From Stramenopiles sp. TOSAG23-2 (taxonomy: Eukaryota), in assembly GCA_900128395.1 (NCBI GenBank), contig LT649263.1, positions 1 through 52,241 of the forward strand: DNA of 52,241 nucleotides, read 5' to 3'. Shown here piece by piece: positions 41,383 to 51,470 of this stretch. Within the stretch, counting starts at the first letter, position 1. The number at the start of each line of letters is the position of its first letter. The notes under the pieces are model-generated. The model was not told the DNA's origin and ran no database searches. It worked only from the letters and a program-made list of their open reading frames with translations. A program made the translations under genes and the position numbers.

Positions 41383-42852
41383 TTATAATTTAATTTCCTC
41401 CCATCCATACAAACGTAGACGTCTTTGTTCTTGATAGTATGTACAGGTTGGCGGGCACGGAACAATACAACCATGCAAATGACAAGAATTTGGATGACTA
41501 TGTACCCTTTTTATATTACGACGTCGTTTTTCCCGTCTTTCATTAATTTTTTGACGTATCTTAATTTTATAACTATAATAATAAAACCATTTTGTAAAAT
41601 TTTCTTTCATTATTCGTTTTCTAATTCTTTCAAACAATTCTAATAAGGCAGGATTATCAGATGCAGTAGTATTGGATGTTGATGCAATTGGTAAATTTGC
41701 CATTGAAAATACTTCTTTTATCGATTTTGGCGGTGCAACTTCTTTTCTTCTATTATTTGCTGCATTTACATCTATATGTGGAAGTCGTGATAAATCATAG
41801 CTTATTTTTGCTCGTTCTTTTTTAATAACTTCTAAGCAAAGTTTCCATCGATACAAAAAAACACGTTTTGTTTGTATTTTCCATTTTTTATAGATTTCTA
41901 TGCTTATTCTTTCAGTATTTTCTTTCCATGTAATAAATCGACGTACGGTTTGATATAAATTCCATTTTTTTATAATTTTATCCATACGTAAAAATAAGCG
42001 TACGGCGCCGCAATTATTCCATTTTTGATGATTCAAATACTCGTTCCAACGCTTCCATAACCATGTTAAACGAAATATTTTATATTGCCAAAAGAAATGA
42101 AGACGTTCTTTCCGTGCAACTTCTTTCCATCCTATTATCATATCTCGAACTTTTTCTCTAAATCTATGATGACCCTGCTTTTCTAATTTATTCATAATTT
42201 GCGTTATACGTTTATGTTCTCTTTCTTGCCTACGCTTATACATGACGAATACCCATATTCGCCTACATGCTTTTCTTAAATATTCTATTTCACGATGTTT
42301 TAATAAATTCTTTAATGGCAATAAAACTTTAGTCAATAACAATTTATTACATATGGTGGAATAGTGGCGACAAAAATGCCTTGATAAATAAACATCTTCT
42401 ACACCAGGTATGGTACAAATCGTTTTGTCAATCAAATTATTATTACTGTCAATGTTATTATTATTATTGCTTTTATTTTCATCACTATTTTGTACATTAT
42501 TATTCGTATTATAAGAGGAGGAGGAAGAAGAAGAAGATATGGTTGGTATATTTTGAAATTGTTCTTGCGTAGAAATATCTTTTCCAGCAGCTAAATCTAA
42601 ACTATTTTGCAATAAGTCTAATGGATGGTCATATTTTCTCCATGGTTCTCGTAATTTTTCACCTGGTTGTGTTACATAAATACCTTTTTCCTTCCCATTT
42701 CTTAATATATTACATAAACGCATAAAAGAAGGTGCAGAAATTTGATTACGACTAAAATCAATTTTTCCTTCTTCATATGGTATTTTATAGTATGTCCAAT
42801 CATGCAACGAGGACATACGATGTCCATATTTTTCCGGTTTCATCTGTGACAT
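41383..42852 (-). CDS. Uncharacterised basic, Trp-rich helical protein (Sfi1-repeat-like) with a C-terminal His/Cys cluster
   Basis: 489-aa ORF with recurrent F/L..W[KR] motifs (LWKRWNEY, RRFITWKE, FLYRWKL, ENFTKWF) and HSHPNSCHLHGCIVPCPPTC. The Sfi1 resemblance is tentative. Confidence 0.6.
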   Translation of the reverse strand: MSQMKPEKYGHRMSSLHDWTYYKIPYEEGKIDFSRNQISAPSFMRLCNILRNGKEKGIYVTQPGEKLREPWRKYDHPLDLLQNSLDLAAGKDISTQEQFQNIPTISSSSSSSSYNTNNNVQNSDENKSNNNNNIDSNNNLIDKTICTIPGVEDVYLSRHFCRHYSTICNKLLLTKVLLPLKNLLKHREIEYLRKACRRIWVFVMYKRRQEREHKRITQIMNKLEKQGHHRFREKVRDMIIGWKEVARKERLHFFWQYKIFRLTWLWKRWNEYLNHQKWNNCGAVRLFLRMDKIIKKWNLYQTVRRFITWKENTERISIEIYKKWKIQTKRVFLYRWKLCLEVIKKERAKISYDLSRLPHIDVNAANNRRKEVAPPKSIKEVFSMANLPIASTSNTTASDNPALLELFERIRKRIMKENFTKWFYYYSYKIKIRQKINERREKRRRNIKRVHSHPNSCHLHGCIVPCPPTCTYYQEQRRLRLYGWEEIKL

Positions 42853-43409
42853 ATTTTATATAATTCCTTTCTCTTGATTATCTTTCTATTTGTTATATTA
42901 TACTATATATATACGTACATCTAGGTTGATGTAACAATTTATTATTTTTTTCCCCATGGAAACGGTTTTTTAAAAGCTCGAAGGTCGTCAATTAATGAAT
43001 TAATAATATTTTTTTGTAAAAACGTTCAAGAAATCATATTAAGGTATTTCTACATACCAGTCGTCAGTAATGGTATTAGTATACCAGGTATACTACTGTA
43101 TTCAAGCCTATATAGCTACTATTAACAAACAGAGAAAACAACAACATTTAGCCAAGGAAGGAAAATAATAACAAATGCCGTTATTTTATACATATATATT
43201 ACATTCAAACGTATAAAATATATTTTAATTACAACGAAAAATAATGTGTGTGTGTCAGTACGGTTAATAGAAACACAAAAGAACAATCAATATATTCAAT
43301 TAATATATCAATTTATAACACATCAGACATATATATATATATATATATATAAATACACAAAAGTATAAACTTGTAACTATAGATAAAGAAAAGAAAATAA
43401 TATAAAACA

Positions 43410-46400
43410 ATGGCGTTAGATCGTAAAATACGTGTGAATATACAATTATCAAAAGCTTTTGCTGATCCAGAATATGAAGGCGAAGACTTTGACCAACGAA
43501 AAGCAGAAGGTAGGAAATTATTGAAGGCATCATTCAATCAACTAATACGTGGCAGAGAGCGACAAAATGGTATATTAGGGGAAGGAGAGGAATTATCAGC
43601 ACCAGATTCATTAACAAAAGCGGCTGAAAGTGCATTAACAAATGAAGAACCAGGAATAGCAAAAACTGCTGTTCACGAATTTTTTCTACAAGATCCACCT
43701 AAAAACCAATTTTATTGTCGTGCATTGTTTGTAAAAGCGCAATTAGAAGGAGCAAAAACTATAAGTGCAAAGCTAGAGGGTGCAAAAGCACTGAAACAAA
43801 CCGAAAAAGCCATTAGCATAATTATGGAAGCGTTAGATATTGTTCTACTTGAACAGAATAGACCGAGGTATGATTTTCTCGTCTACAACGCAAGTGTACA
43901 TTATTGGCGTATATCACGTACAATCTTACGTAAAGGTGTTATGCAATTTGCAATACCATCTATGTCTAAAATTGTACAAGCATTGGAAGATACCAATGAT
44001 GAAGACTTAATTTGGAGGACAAAATATCACATGACATTATCAAGGTGTTACGACGATGCAAATGACACAGCACATGCTATTGAACACAGTAAAAAAGCAT
44101 TGGCGTTGGCAGAAGAATCTGTTGAGAAAAAATTAGCTCCTGAAGCAACAACTTTATTAGAAAGTGTAAAGCGTTTATATGTGCACATGGCTCGTAACGA
44201 TTCGAACGCGATCAAAATTTTAACAGAAGTAAAAGGTAACGAAAAGGAAAATGTTAGAGGAATTGCAATTATTACCATACAAGGTTTTAACTCAGAGATA
44301 TTGACTCCAGAAGAAGCGGAGCAAGAATTATCAAATTTATTATCGTTATTTGCAGGGGATAACGGTGATACCGGAGATGGTGATGGTGACGAAGGGAATG
44401 AATCTCCAACACGTAGTAGAAACCGTGTCTTCATTAGCGATTTGCTTGTCGAATCCGGACGTTTGGCAATTAAATATCGTCTTTTTGATCTAGCACAAAG
44501 TTTTGTTGAATTATTTGAACAACAAAAAGGTAATCCAGGACGTGCTGGGATGCAAATTGATTTCTTAAGATGTGAACTGATTGTAGAATCATTGCGAGAT
44601 AAACCTAGAGAAACACGTAGGACGAGACGAAGGCACCATAACAAAGATGATGGGGGTGTTTTAAAAATGGATAAACGTAGGATTAGTGCTATGAGAATCT
44701 CAAGGCGGGTAGAAGCCGTTAAACGATTAGAACGGGTGTTGATGGCATGTAAACGAAGTGGTGATCCTGATTTGTTACATGAAGGATGTGTGTTGGCATG
44801 GAATTTATCTATGCCATTATTACAACCACATTTATTAAAACACATACATCGTTTATTTACCATAGCAGCAAGTGCTTTGGAGGAGATGGATTCCCCCATG
44901 AAAGCATTACGGGCGAAATTGCATTTTGAAGTTGCAAAATGTGAGATAAGTCAAGATTTTTTAGCCAAAGCGTCTGTACAAATCAATAAGGCATTAGCAT
45001 TAGATTATGGTGGTATTGCGGCAGCAATGGAGAACGAAGGGATGGGTGGTGCGCCACCGCCAGCTAAAAAAGGGAAGAAGAAGAAGAAAGGAAAAGATAA
45101 AGGTGGTTCTCGACCGGGCACATCCGCTAGTATAGTTAGCTCCGTAGCAGGTGGAGAAGGCGATATAGATGCACTAAGGCCTTTGGATCGTTTTTTGAAA
45201 CCATTACGTGCAAAGTTGGAGTTGAAATCAAGTATATATTTAGAACCTGATACAGCAGTTGAAAAAGCAACAATATTATTAGAGCAAGCAAAAGATGCGA
45301 AAGATTTGCATTTACGCAGCTCGTTATTGATGCGATGCGTTAAATTGTTAAAAGACGACGAAGAAGAGCAGGCCCTTCAAAACGATAATAATGATGAACT
45401 TAGGCCAGAAACGCCTTTAAGTACCACTGGAGAAGTCGAGAATGCTACACAGGAAACCAAGGAGCAATTAAGAGCTAAGAGTGATGGTATTGTATTATGG
45501 GCTGATATTATGCGTATGGCATGGTCTTTAAAATTGGTAGATTTAGTACATGAAACTAGTAATAGGATAATTGATGGAACGTGGGATGTCACCCAATTTA
45601 AGGAAATTGTTATTTTACAAGTTGAAGCATGCTACACGAAAGCTCAATGTTACGTACAACAAGTTGCCAATGCTGCTCCGGATCTATTTGAAGGTGCCGC
45701 AGGTGTAGATGGATTGTCCCCTAAAGCTTTAGGTCTTATAAGTGGAAATGACGTACCGTTGCAACCACGATTTTTGAAATTAAAAGTAAAAGTTATTGAA
45801 GTTATTGATCAAGGACTTGAACTAGCTAAACTTTTAAATGATGCTGCTTTAGTTGAAAATGGTGCAATTTATTTATGGAATTATCATTATCATGTTTTTC
45901 GTGAGCCTATCTTGGATGGACTTGATAAAGTAAAAGCGTTACAAGCTGATGAAAATACAAATGGTGCACCTCAACGATTAAGTAAAATTGTACCAAATTT
46001 AAAAGACACTTTGGAAAAGGCATTAAATACCATGCAAGAAGTTGGGTCAACTGATTTTCAATTGACTTGCTCTATTTGTGAAGGATTAAGTTTGATATAT
46101 GAATATGAAAAAAACGGTGGAAAAGTGGAAGAAATATGCAACATTGGGATAGAAATGGGTAAACATAGACCAGCTGTGGTCAAACCGTTGATTCGTTGTT
46201 TAGCAAGGACGCAAAAGATTCTTGGTGGCGTTAAGGGACCGGTTGGTAATGGCGATACCATTTTGGAGTCGATTGCTGGTGTTGAAATATTAGGAAGGCC
46301 TGAAGTGAATGATAGTGAAAAAGGGTCAATGTTAGTAAAAATTATGGAAACTTTAAAAGATAGTCGGAATGCATTGATGTTTAAAGAGACGTTCGATGAA

Positions 46401-49400
46401 GAGACGAAGAAGAAAGATGCAGAAAAGACTTTTAAACCTGGTGCAGTTATAGAAAAGACGTTAGAGGATGTTGAGGAAGGGCATGAGCTATGGGTAGAGT
46501 TATGGTCTAAGTTAGCGCAATGTGCAGTAGATTTAGGCAAGTATCGCGAGGCGCAGATTTGTGCTAATTGCAGTGCAAGTGCATTGCCCGATAATGCAAA
46601 AGAGCGAAGAAAGCTACCGAAACATATTTGGCGATGGCATGCGATCAGTGAATGTGTCTGGGGAAGTGCTGTTGAGCGGCTAATAGACCCAGAACGGCAG
46701 GAGAGGACTTTACGGGAAGAATTAAGAGTTACTGCTTTGACACATTATAATTTAGCAGTCCGCTGGGCCGCAAGTTCACAAGACAATAAGGTTACGCTTT
46801 CCATTGCTAGGCAAATGTGGAATTGCTGCGTTCCATTTGTTTCTTCCCCGTTAACAAGACGCTTGTTGCAGCACCCATTGAAAATAGTACTATCAAAATT
46901 GGCAGAAGTTGGTGAACAGACTGACTTAAAATTACGATTACGTTTGTATTTAGTTTTATTAGATTGCTACAAGGATACGGAAGATTGGAAGAACGGTTTA
47001 GATACTGTAGATGAAGCATTTCAATATGTGCCTAGTTCCTTGCAAAAACCATTATGGAACGTCCGTGTTATTTTCTTGAGTAAGCTTGGTGGAAACGTTG
47101 CAGAAGGTTTAAGTAAGATGAAGCAAAGCGATGCATCAATGCAAGCACGTGCATGGATAACATTGGCCGAATCCAGTACAGATGAAAAAGCTGAGATGTC
47201 TGCTTACTTAAATGCTATTCAATGCGTAGAAGGTACTTTAGATTGTGTTGATTGTCAGTTAGAATTTGCACAATGGTTGTACTCTCATCGTTTTCCACGA
47301 CAAGATATTATTGGTTATTGCATGGGTGCGATCGATAATTTGATGGAATTAGAAATTGATGCTATGGAAGATGCTGATGATATTGATGATGGTGCAAGCC
47401 GTGCCCCTAGCCGTGTGAGTCGCCAAACCGGGAAGACTCGTGATAGTAGACGTAGTGCTGCAAGATCCAAAAGCCGTTCTAGCGTTGGAAGTGGAACTAG
47501 ACGTGGTTCCACACGTGCTTCAACTAGCGCTTTGTCGAGCACCGTAATTGGTAGTGATGAAGATGATGGCACACCTAGTAGAATGGAAATTGTTCACTTA
47601 GAGCAAATTATCCGTGCATTTTGTATATTAGCCCGTGTAGCTAAACGTGCTGATGAGCGTCAACAATTTTTGCTGTTGAGTCAAACTTACACAAAGAAGT
47701 TGCTTGCACAGGTAATTGATACTTGTAACAACAAAGTAAATATCAAAGCTTTTACTGCCTTGACGGATGAGGAAAGAGGTGAGCAAACGTACCAGGAATG
47801 GGTGACAGCACAACAGGAGAAAGGAAACGTTAATAAATTTACCATGCCAGAGTCAGATATAGAATGGTGTAACTATGATATTTTCAATATTTCAGAGAAT
47901 TTGATTAACGAAAATTCTGATGTATCAATTTTTTCCTCTGATGATCAAGCAATGCAAATATGTCGCGACAATAGCATGTCTAAAATGAATTTGCTGAATA
48001 GAAGTACCATTGGAAATATAGCGCGCACATTAGATAGTCTGAATCTATTATCTACTATGTTAATTAAATACGGATATAATGTTCATGCCGCTCCAGTGTA
48101 CCATCTCGTATACTTATGTGGTCTTGTTTTAGGCGGGGATGCTAAAGATTCATTAAAGAGGTTGGTATGCAGCAAAATGGCTATTAATTATGATGCATTG
48201 AATTTAAAACAACGATGCAAAGAAGCTTTTGGCATTAGTGGTGATTATCTACCAACAGAAAAAGAGTTAAAAATGTATGAAGAGGATCTTTCCCAGCGTG
48301 AGCAAGCTATTTTAGAAGGTGATAGTGAAGATACCGGTAGTGGTGCCCGCCGAGTTACAATTGAAGATGAAAATGATACTAATGAGAAAAGGCGATATGA
48401 TAGCATGAATCGTTTAATTGTATCATCTATGCAAATTCGCTACATATGGATTGATCAGGCTGAAATTTGTTGTCAATTAGGTAACATTAACAGCGCGAAA
48501 ATTTTGTTAGTTGAATCGTTGCGTCATAGTAAAGCATATAAAGATAATTATTGTATTGATCGCATCAATGACATTCAAGCGGATGTTCAGATGATGGAAG
48601 GAAAAGAGGAAGAAAGTATTAGGTATTCGGAGGTGTCAATATACGAAAGTATCACAACTGTGGACACATACGATGCGTTAAAGAGTGTTATAAGACGATG
48701 CAACGTATATACGAGCACACGAAGGTCGAATTTAGCCATAAAATTACTGCAAAAAGCAATTGAAGCTTTTGATAGTATAATTTCATTAGCTCGCACGGGT
48801 GAAGAAGTTGGCGTTGGTATATTGAAGAAAAAATCGATTAATAGTAGTCCATCGCCTCCACGCACCAGCCGTAGCTCGGTACAACAAGATGGGGGTGCTG
48901 CTGGGGATTTAGATATTCGGATGGCGTCTTTAGAATGCAATGCATACCTTGCAAAACTACAATCCCAGGAATGTTATAATTTATATAAGCAAGAATCTCC
49001 TTTTGACGATGATTGGAGAGCTTGTAATACTAGATTTGAAAAAGTCATACAAGATTTAGAAAAATTGGGCTTCAGCAATGTATTGTTGCCAAGCGTTTTT
49101 GACTCCTATACTGATGCGATACTGAAAATGGGTTTAAAAGGCCTTGCGGTAGTGAAGAACGTAGAAGACATTAGCAACTTGGGTAAATATGATTGTGAAG
49201 ACCTTGTTATTAACCTTTTAAAACGTAGTATGACGCATGTAATGCGTGCGTTAGAAAGCATTAAACCAAATGTAGTGACAGATCCTGTCGCAATGGAAAT
49301 TAATTCCCCAATCGAACGTACCTTGGTATCGCTCAAGTTAAAAATTGCAAACTTGTATAGGGAACGCTCGATAGTTCAGTTTAAAACGGAGGAAGCTACA

Positions 49401-51470
49401 AGTCGACATAAGCGTATGGATCTGAGGCGTATGAACGCATCTAAAGGTGGTAACGGCAGTGGTAGTGAAACAATAGTAGATAAATGGTTACAAGCTACGG
49501 AACCAAAACCTCCTGTAACTGATGCGGAGCGAGAAGTTTCATTCTGCGGTAGCAGCGTTATCCTCTCATCGAGTGCTCATGCAATGGGTAACGCCGTGAA
49601 ACAAACCCAAGCAAAAACGCTATGTGGGGTTGGATGTAGTATGTTGCACAGTGCGGAAATTGAAGGGGAATTATTAGGTAGATGGTTAGGTAGTGGTGTA
49701 GCTGATGAAGATGATCGGGAAGATTACCAAGAAGAAGATTTGTACTGCAAGCAAGAGCGTTTACGCGTTGGCGATCGTTTGACCGTACAAGCAATACATT
49801 TCCTTGATCGTGCTGTGAAAGCTGGTGTTGCCACAAAGAATTGGGATGTTGTTGGTGAGGCTGCATATGGTCTTGTAAATGCTTACGGGTCTATCAATCC
49901 AGTTGAAGGAGCAAAAGCCTTGCTTCTTTATCAATCTTGTGAAATTTCTAGAACATTTTACAGTATCTTTCAGACTGCATCAGAAGCAACTTCGAGGGAG
50001 TATTTATTTACATGCGAAGCAAAACGTTTTCAGCAACAATATTTACATCCAGAAATCAACTCCCAATATGAAAGAACATTTAATTATTTAAATACTACCA
50101 GTGAAATTTCAAAACGTCTTAGTTGTTCAGAAGATGTGGGTGCAATTGTACAAAAATCTTCAACAAATACTGCATATTTGTCAATACAATTTAATTCTGG
50201 GATGTCACAGGTACATGTTGCATGCATAAGACGGTTGGAAGGAGATAATGAAGATGGATCGTGTAATTACGATGCTGGCACTTCTATGTTTGAATTAGAT
50301 GAATCACACCAATCTGATTTTAAACATTTATTAGAACAATTTGAAAATTGGAAAAAACGAAATACGCAATTTTTACTTCGTTTCGGGCCTAGAAATGGAC
50401 CAAATGGGGACCGGGAACACGTTGGCGAAAGAACGGCTGAGACAAATGATACATATGAACAAGAATTTATTCAATTAAGCGCTCAGATGGAAGATTTATT
50501 AGCACCTGCATTAAAAACTCCTATGATTAGTAACGTATGGACAAAGGGAGGTGTTGAATATGTTGTTTTATTACCAGATTGGAGAATATGCGATTTGCCT
50601 TTGGAGGCGATGCAATTGTTCCGCCAAACAAAGGTGGAAAATACTGTTGGTTCTAAACCATTTATTGGTCGCGATTTCTCCATACATATGTCAGGCCATC
50701 GACTTAATGCTTATAAATCCAGTGGCAACCAAGGCGCCTATAATAATGGAACATTTATTGTAGATCCATTGCATGAGGATAAACCAAAGAAAGACGATAT
50801 GGAAGGTGAAAATAAGGATGATAAAGATGTCAAACCTGATGATCCAGAAGCTCCATTGGAGTCGATACAAACGTTTAACGTGCGGATGGAAAATAATTGG
50901 AGTGGTGTAATTGGAAACCAACATGTTCCATCATTAAGCGAGTGGCAGCAAACTTTGTTGAAAAGCAAGGAAAACGGGATGTTCCTCTTTTACGGGTTGG
51001 GAAGTGCTTTGTCGTATTTCTCCCCGTCAAAATTAGTTGGGTTGCGTTTAAATGGTTGTCAAATGGCATTGCTTCTTGGAAACACCGCTACTGATGGCAG
51101 CTATCGCAGACAAGGAAAATTAAATAATCAAAAAGTGCCAGAAATGATTAAATTAGAGCGCTCTCGCGAATCAGCTGCTATGATGTCGATGTGTGGTGTT
51201 AATAGTGTCGTTGTAAATAATTGGGCAAATTCTTTGCATGCAAACAGGCGCTTGTATTTGAAACTAATGCCTGAATTAAAAGGTGGAAAGGGTATATCGG
51301 ATGCATTGCATGAGGTATTACGTAGCTATAATGAGAAACCTAGAAAACCAAGAGATGCAAAATTAATACAAAAATATGAAGAAGAGCTAGCTAATTATAA
51401 GCCTGCATTAAAATTAAGGGTTCGATACAATGCCGTCGTTTACGGCTTGCCGCATTTAACGTTTAAGTGA
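43410..51470 (+). CDS. CFAP46: Cilia- and flagella-associated protein 46 (TTC40), central-pair protein
   Basis: 2686-aa TPR-like solenoid with N-terminal NQFYCRALF and RYDFLVYNASVHYW, CVLAWNL.MPLLQ, LHFEVAKCE..QDFL, and a C-terminal CHAT/separase-like region (LPLEAM..RDFSIH..FIVDP). Confidence 0.85.
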   Translation: MALDRKIRVNIQLSKAFADPEYEGEDFDQRKAEGRKLLKASFNQLIRGRERQNGILGEGEELSAPDSLTKAAESALTNEEPGIAKTAVHEFFLQDPPKNQFYCRALFVKAQLEGAKTISAKLEGAKALKQTEKAISIIMEALDIVLLEQNRPRYDFLVYNASVHYWRISRTILRKGVMQFAIPSMSKIVQALEDTNDEDLIWRTKYHMTLSRCYDDANDTAHAIEHSKKALALAEESVEKKLAPEATTLLESVKRLYVHMARNDSNAIKILTEVKGNEKENVRGIAIITIQGFNSEILTPEEAEQELSNLLSLFAGDNGDTGDGDGDEGNESPTRSRNRVFISDLLVESGRLAIKYRLFDLAQSFVELFEQQKGNPGRAGMQIDFLRCELIVESLRDKPRETRRTRRRHHNKDDGGVLKMDKRRISAMRISRRVEAVKRLERVLMACKRSGDPDLLHEGCVLAWNLSMPLLQPHLLKHIHRLFTIAASALEEMDSPMKALRAKLHFEVAKCEISQDFLAKASVQINKALALDYGGIAAAMENEGMGGAPPPAKKGKKKKKGKDKGGSRPGTSASIVSSVAGGEGDIDALRPLDRFLKPLRAKLELKSSIYLEPDTAVEKATILLEQAKDAKDLHLRSSLLMRCVKLLKDDEEEQALQNDNNDELRPETPLSTTGEVENATQETKEQLRAKSDGIVLWADIMRMAWSLKLVDLVHETSNRIIDGTWDVTQFKEIVILQVEACYTKAQCYVQQVANAAPDLFEGAAGVDGLSPKALGLISGNDVPLQPRFLKLKVKVIEVIDQGLELAKLLNDAALVENGAIYLWNYHYHVFREPILDGLDKVKALQADENTNGAPQRLSKIVPNLKDTLEKALNTMQEVGSTDFQLTCSICEGLSLIYEYEKNGGKVEEICNIGIEMGKHRPAVVKPLIRCLARTQKILGGVKGPVGNGDTILESIAGVEILGRPEVNDSEKGSMLVKIMETLKDSRNALMFKETFDEETKKKDAEKTFKPGAVIEKTLEDVEEGHELWVELWSKLAQCAVDLGKYREAQICANCSASALPDNAKERRKLPKHIWRWHAISECVWGSAVERLIDPERQERTLREELRVTALTHYNLAVRWAASSQDNKVTLSIARQMWNCCVPFVSSPLTRRLLQHPLKIVLSKLAEVGEQTDLKLRLRLYLVLLDCYKDTEDWKNGLDTVDEAFQYVPSSLQKPLWNVRVIFLSKLGGNVAEGLSKMKQSDASMQARAWITLAESSTDEKAEMSAYLNAIQCVEGTLDCVDCQLEFAQWLYSHRFPRQDIIGYCMGAIDNLMELEIDAMEDADDIDDGASRAPSRVSRQTGKTRDSRRSAARSKSRSSVGSGTRRGSTRASTSALSSTVIGSDEDDGTPSRMEIVHLEQIIRAFCILARVAKRADERQQFLLLSQTYTKKLLAQVIDTCNNKVNIKAFTALTDEERGEQTYQEWVTAQQEKGNVNKFTMPESDIEWCNYDIFNISENLINENSDVSIFSSDDQAMQICRDNSMSKMNLLNRSTIGNIARTLDSLNLLSTMLIKYGYNVHAAPVYHLVYLCGLVLGGDAKDSLKRLVCSKMAINYDALNLKQRCKEAFGISGDYLPTEKELKMYEEDLSQREQAILEGDSEDTGSGARRVTIEDENDTNEKRRYDSMNRLIVSSMQIRYIWIDQAEICCQLGNINSAKILLVESLRHSKAYKDNYCIDRINDIQADVQMMEGKEEESIRYSEVSIYESITTVDTYDALKSVIRRCNVYTSTRRSNLAIKLLQKAIEAFDSIISLARTGEEVGVGILKKKSINSSPSPPRTSRSSVQQDGGAAGDLDIRMASLECNAYLAKLQSQECYNLYKQESPFDDDWRACNTRFEKVIQDLEKLGFSNVLLPSVFDSYTDAILKMGLKGLAVVKNVEDISNLGKYDCEDLVINLLKRSMTHVMRALESIKPNVVTDPVAMEINSPIERTLVSLKLKIANLYRERSIVQFKTEEATSRHKRMDLRRMNASKGGNGSGSETIVDKWLQATEPKPPVTDAEREVSFCGSSVILSSSAHAMGNAVKQTQAKTLCGVGCSMLHSAEIEGELLGRWLGSGVADEDDREDYQEEDLYCKQERLRVGDRLTVQAIHFLDRAVKAGVATKNWDVVGEAAYGLVNAYGSINPVEGAKALLLYQSCEISRTFYSIFQTASEATSREYLFTCEAKRFQQQYLHPEINSQYERTFNYLNTTSEISKRLSCSEDVGAIVQKSSTNTAYLSIQFNSGMSQVHVACIRRLEGDNEDGSCNYDAGTSMFELDESHQSDFKHLLEQFENWKKRNTQFLLRFGPRNGPNGDREHVGERTAETNDTYEQEFIQLSAQMEDLLAPALKTPMISNVWTKGGVEYVVLLPDWRICDLPLEAMQLFRQTKVENTVGSKPFIGRDFSIHMSGHRLNAYKSSGNQGAYNNGTFIVDPLHEDKPKKDDMEGENKDDKDVKPDDPEAPLESIQTFNVRMENNWSGVIGNQHVPSLSEWQQTLLKSKENGMFLFYGLGSALSYFSPSKLVGLRLNGCQMALLLGNTATDGSYRRQGKLNNQKVPEMIKLERSRESAAMMSMCGVNSVVVNNWANSLHANRRLYLKLMPELKGGKGISDALHEVLRSYNEKPRKPRDAKLIQKYEEELANYKPALKLRVRYNAVVYGLPHLTFK

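Noticed and set aside
41138-41434. ORFs spanning the N-run
   Set aside because: Artefacts of the assembly gap.
42950-42963. X-box-like TTCCCCATGGAAAC upstream of CFAP46
   Set aside because: Single imperfect match. RFX control of ciliary genes is established for animals and nothing here shows this organism has RFX.
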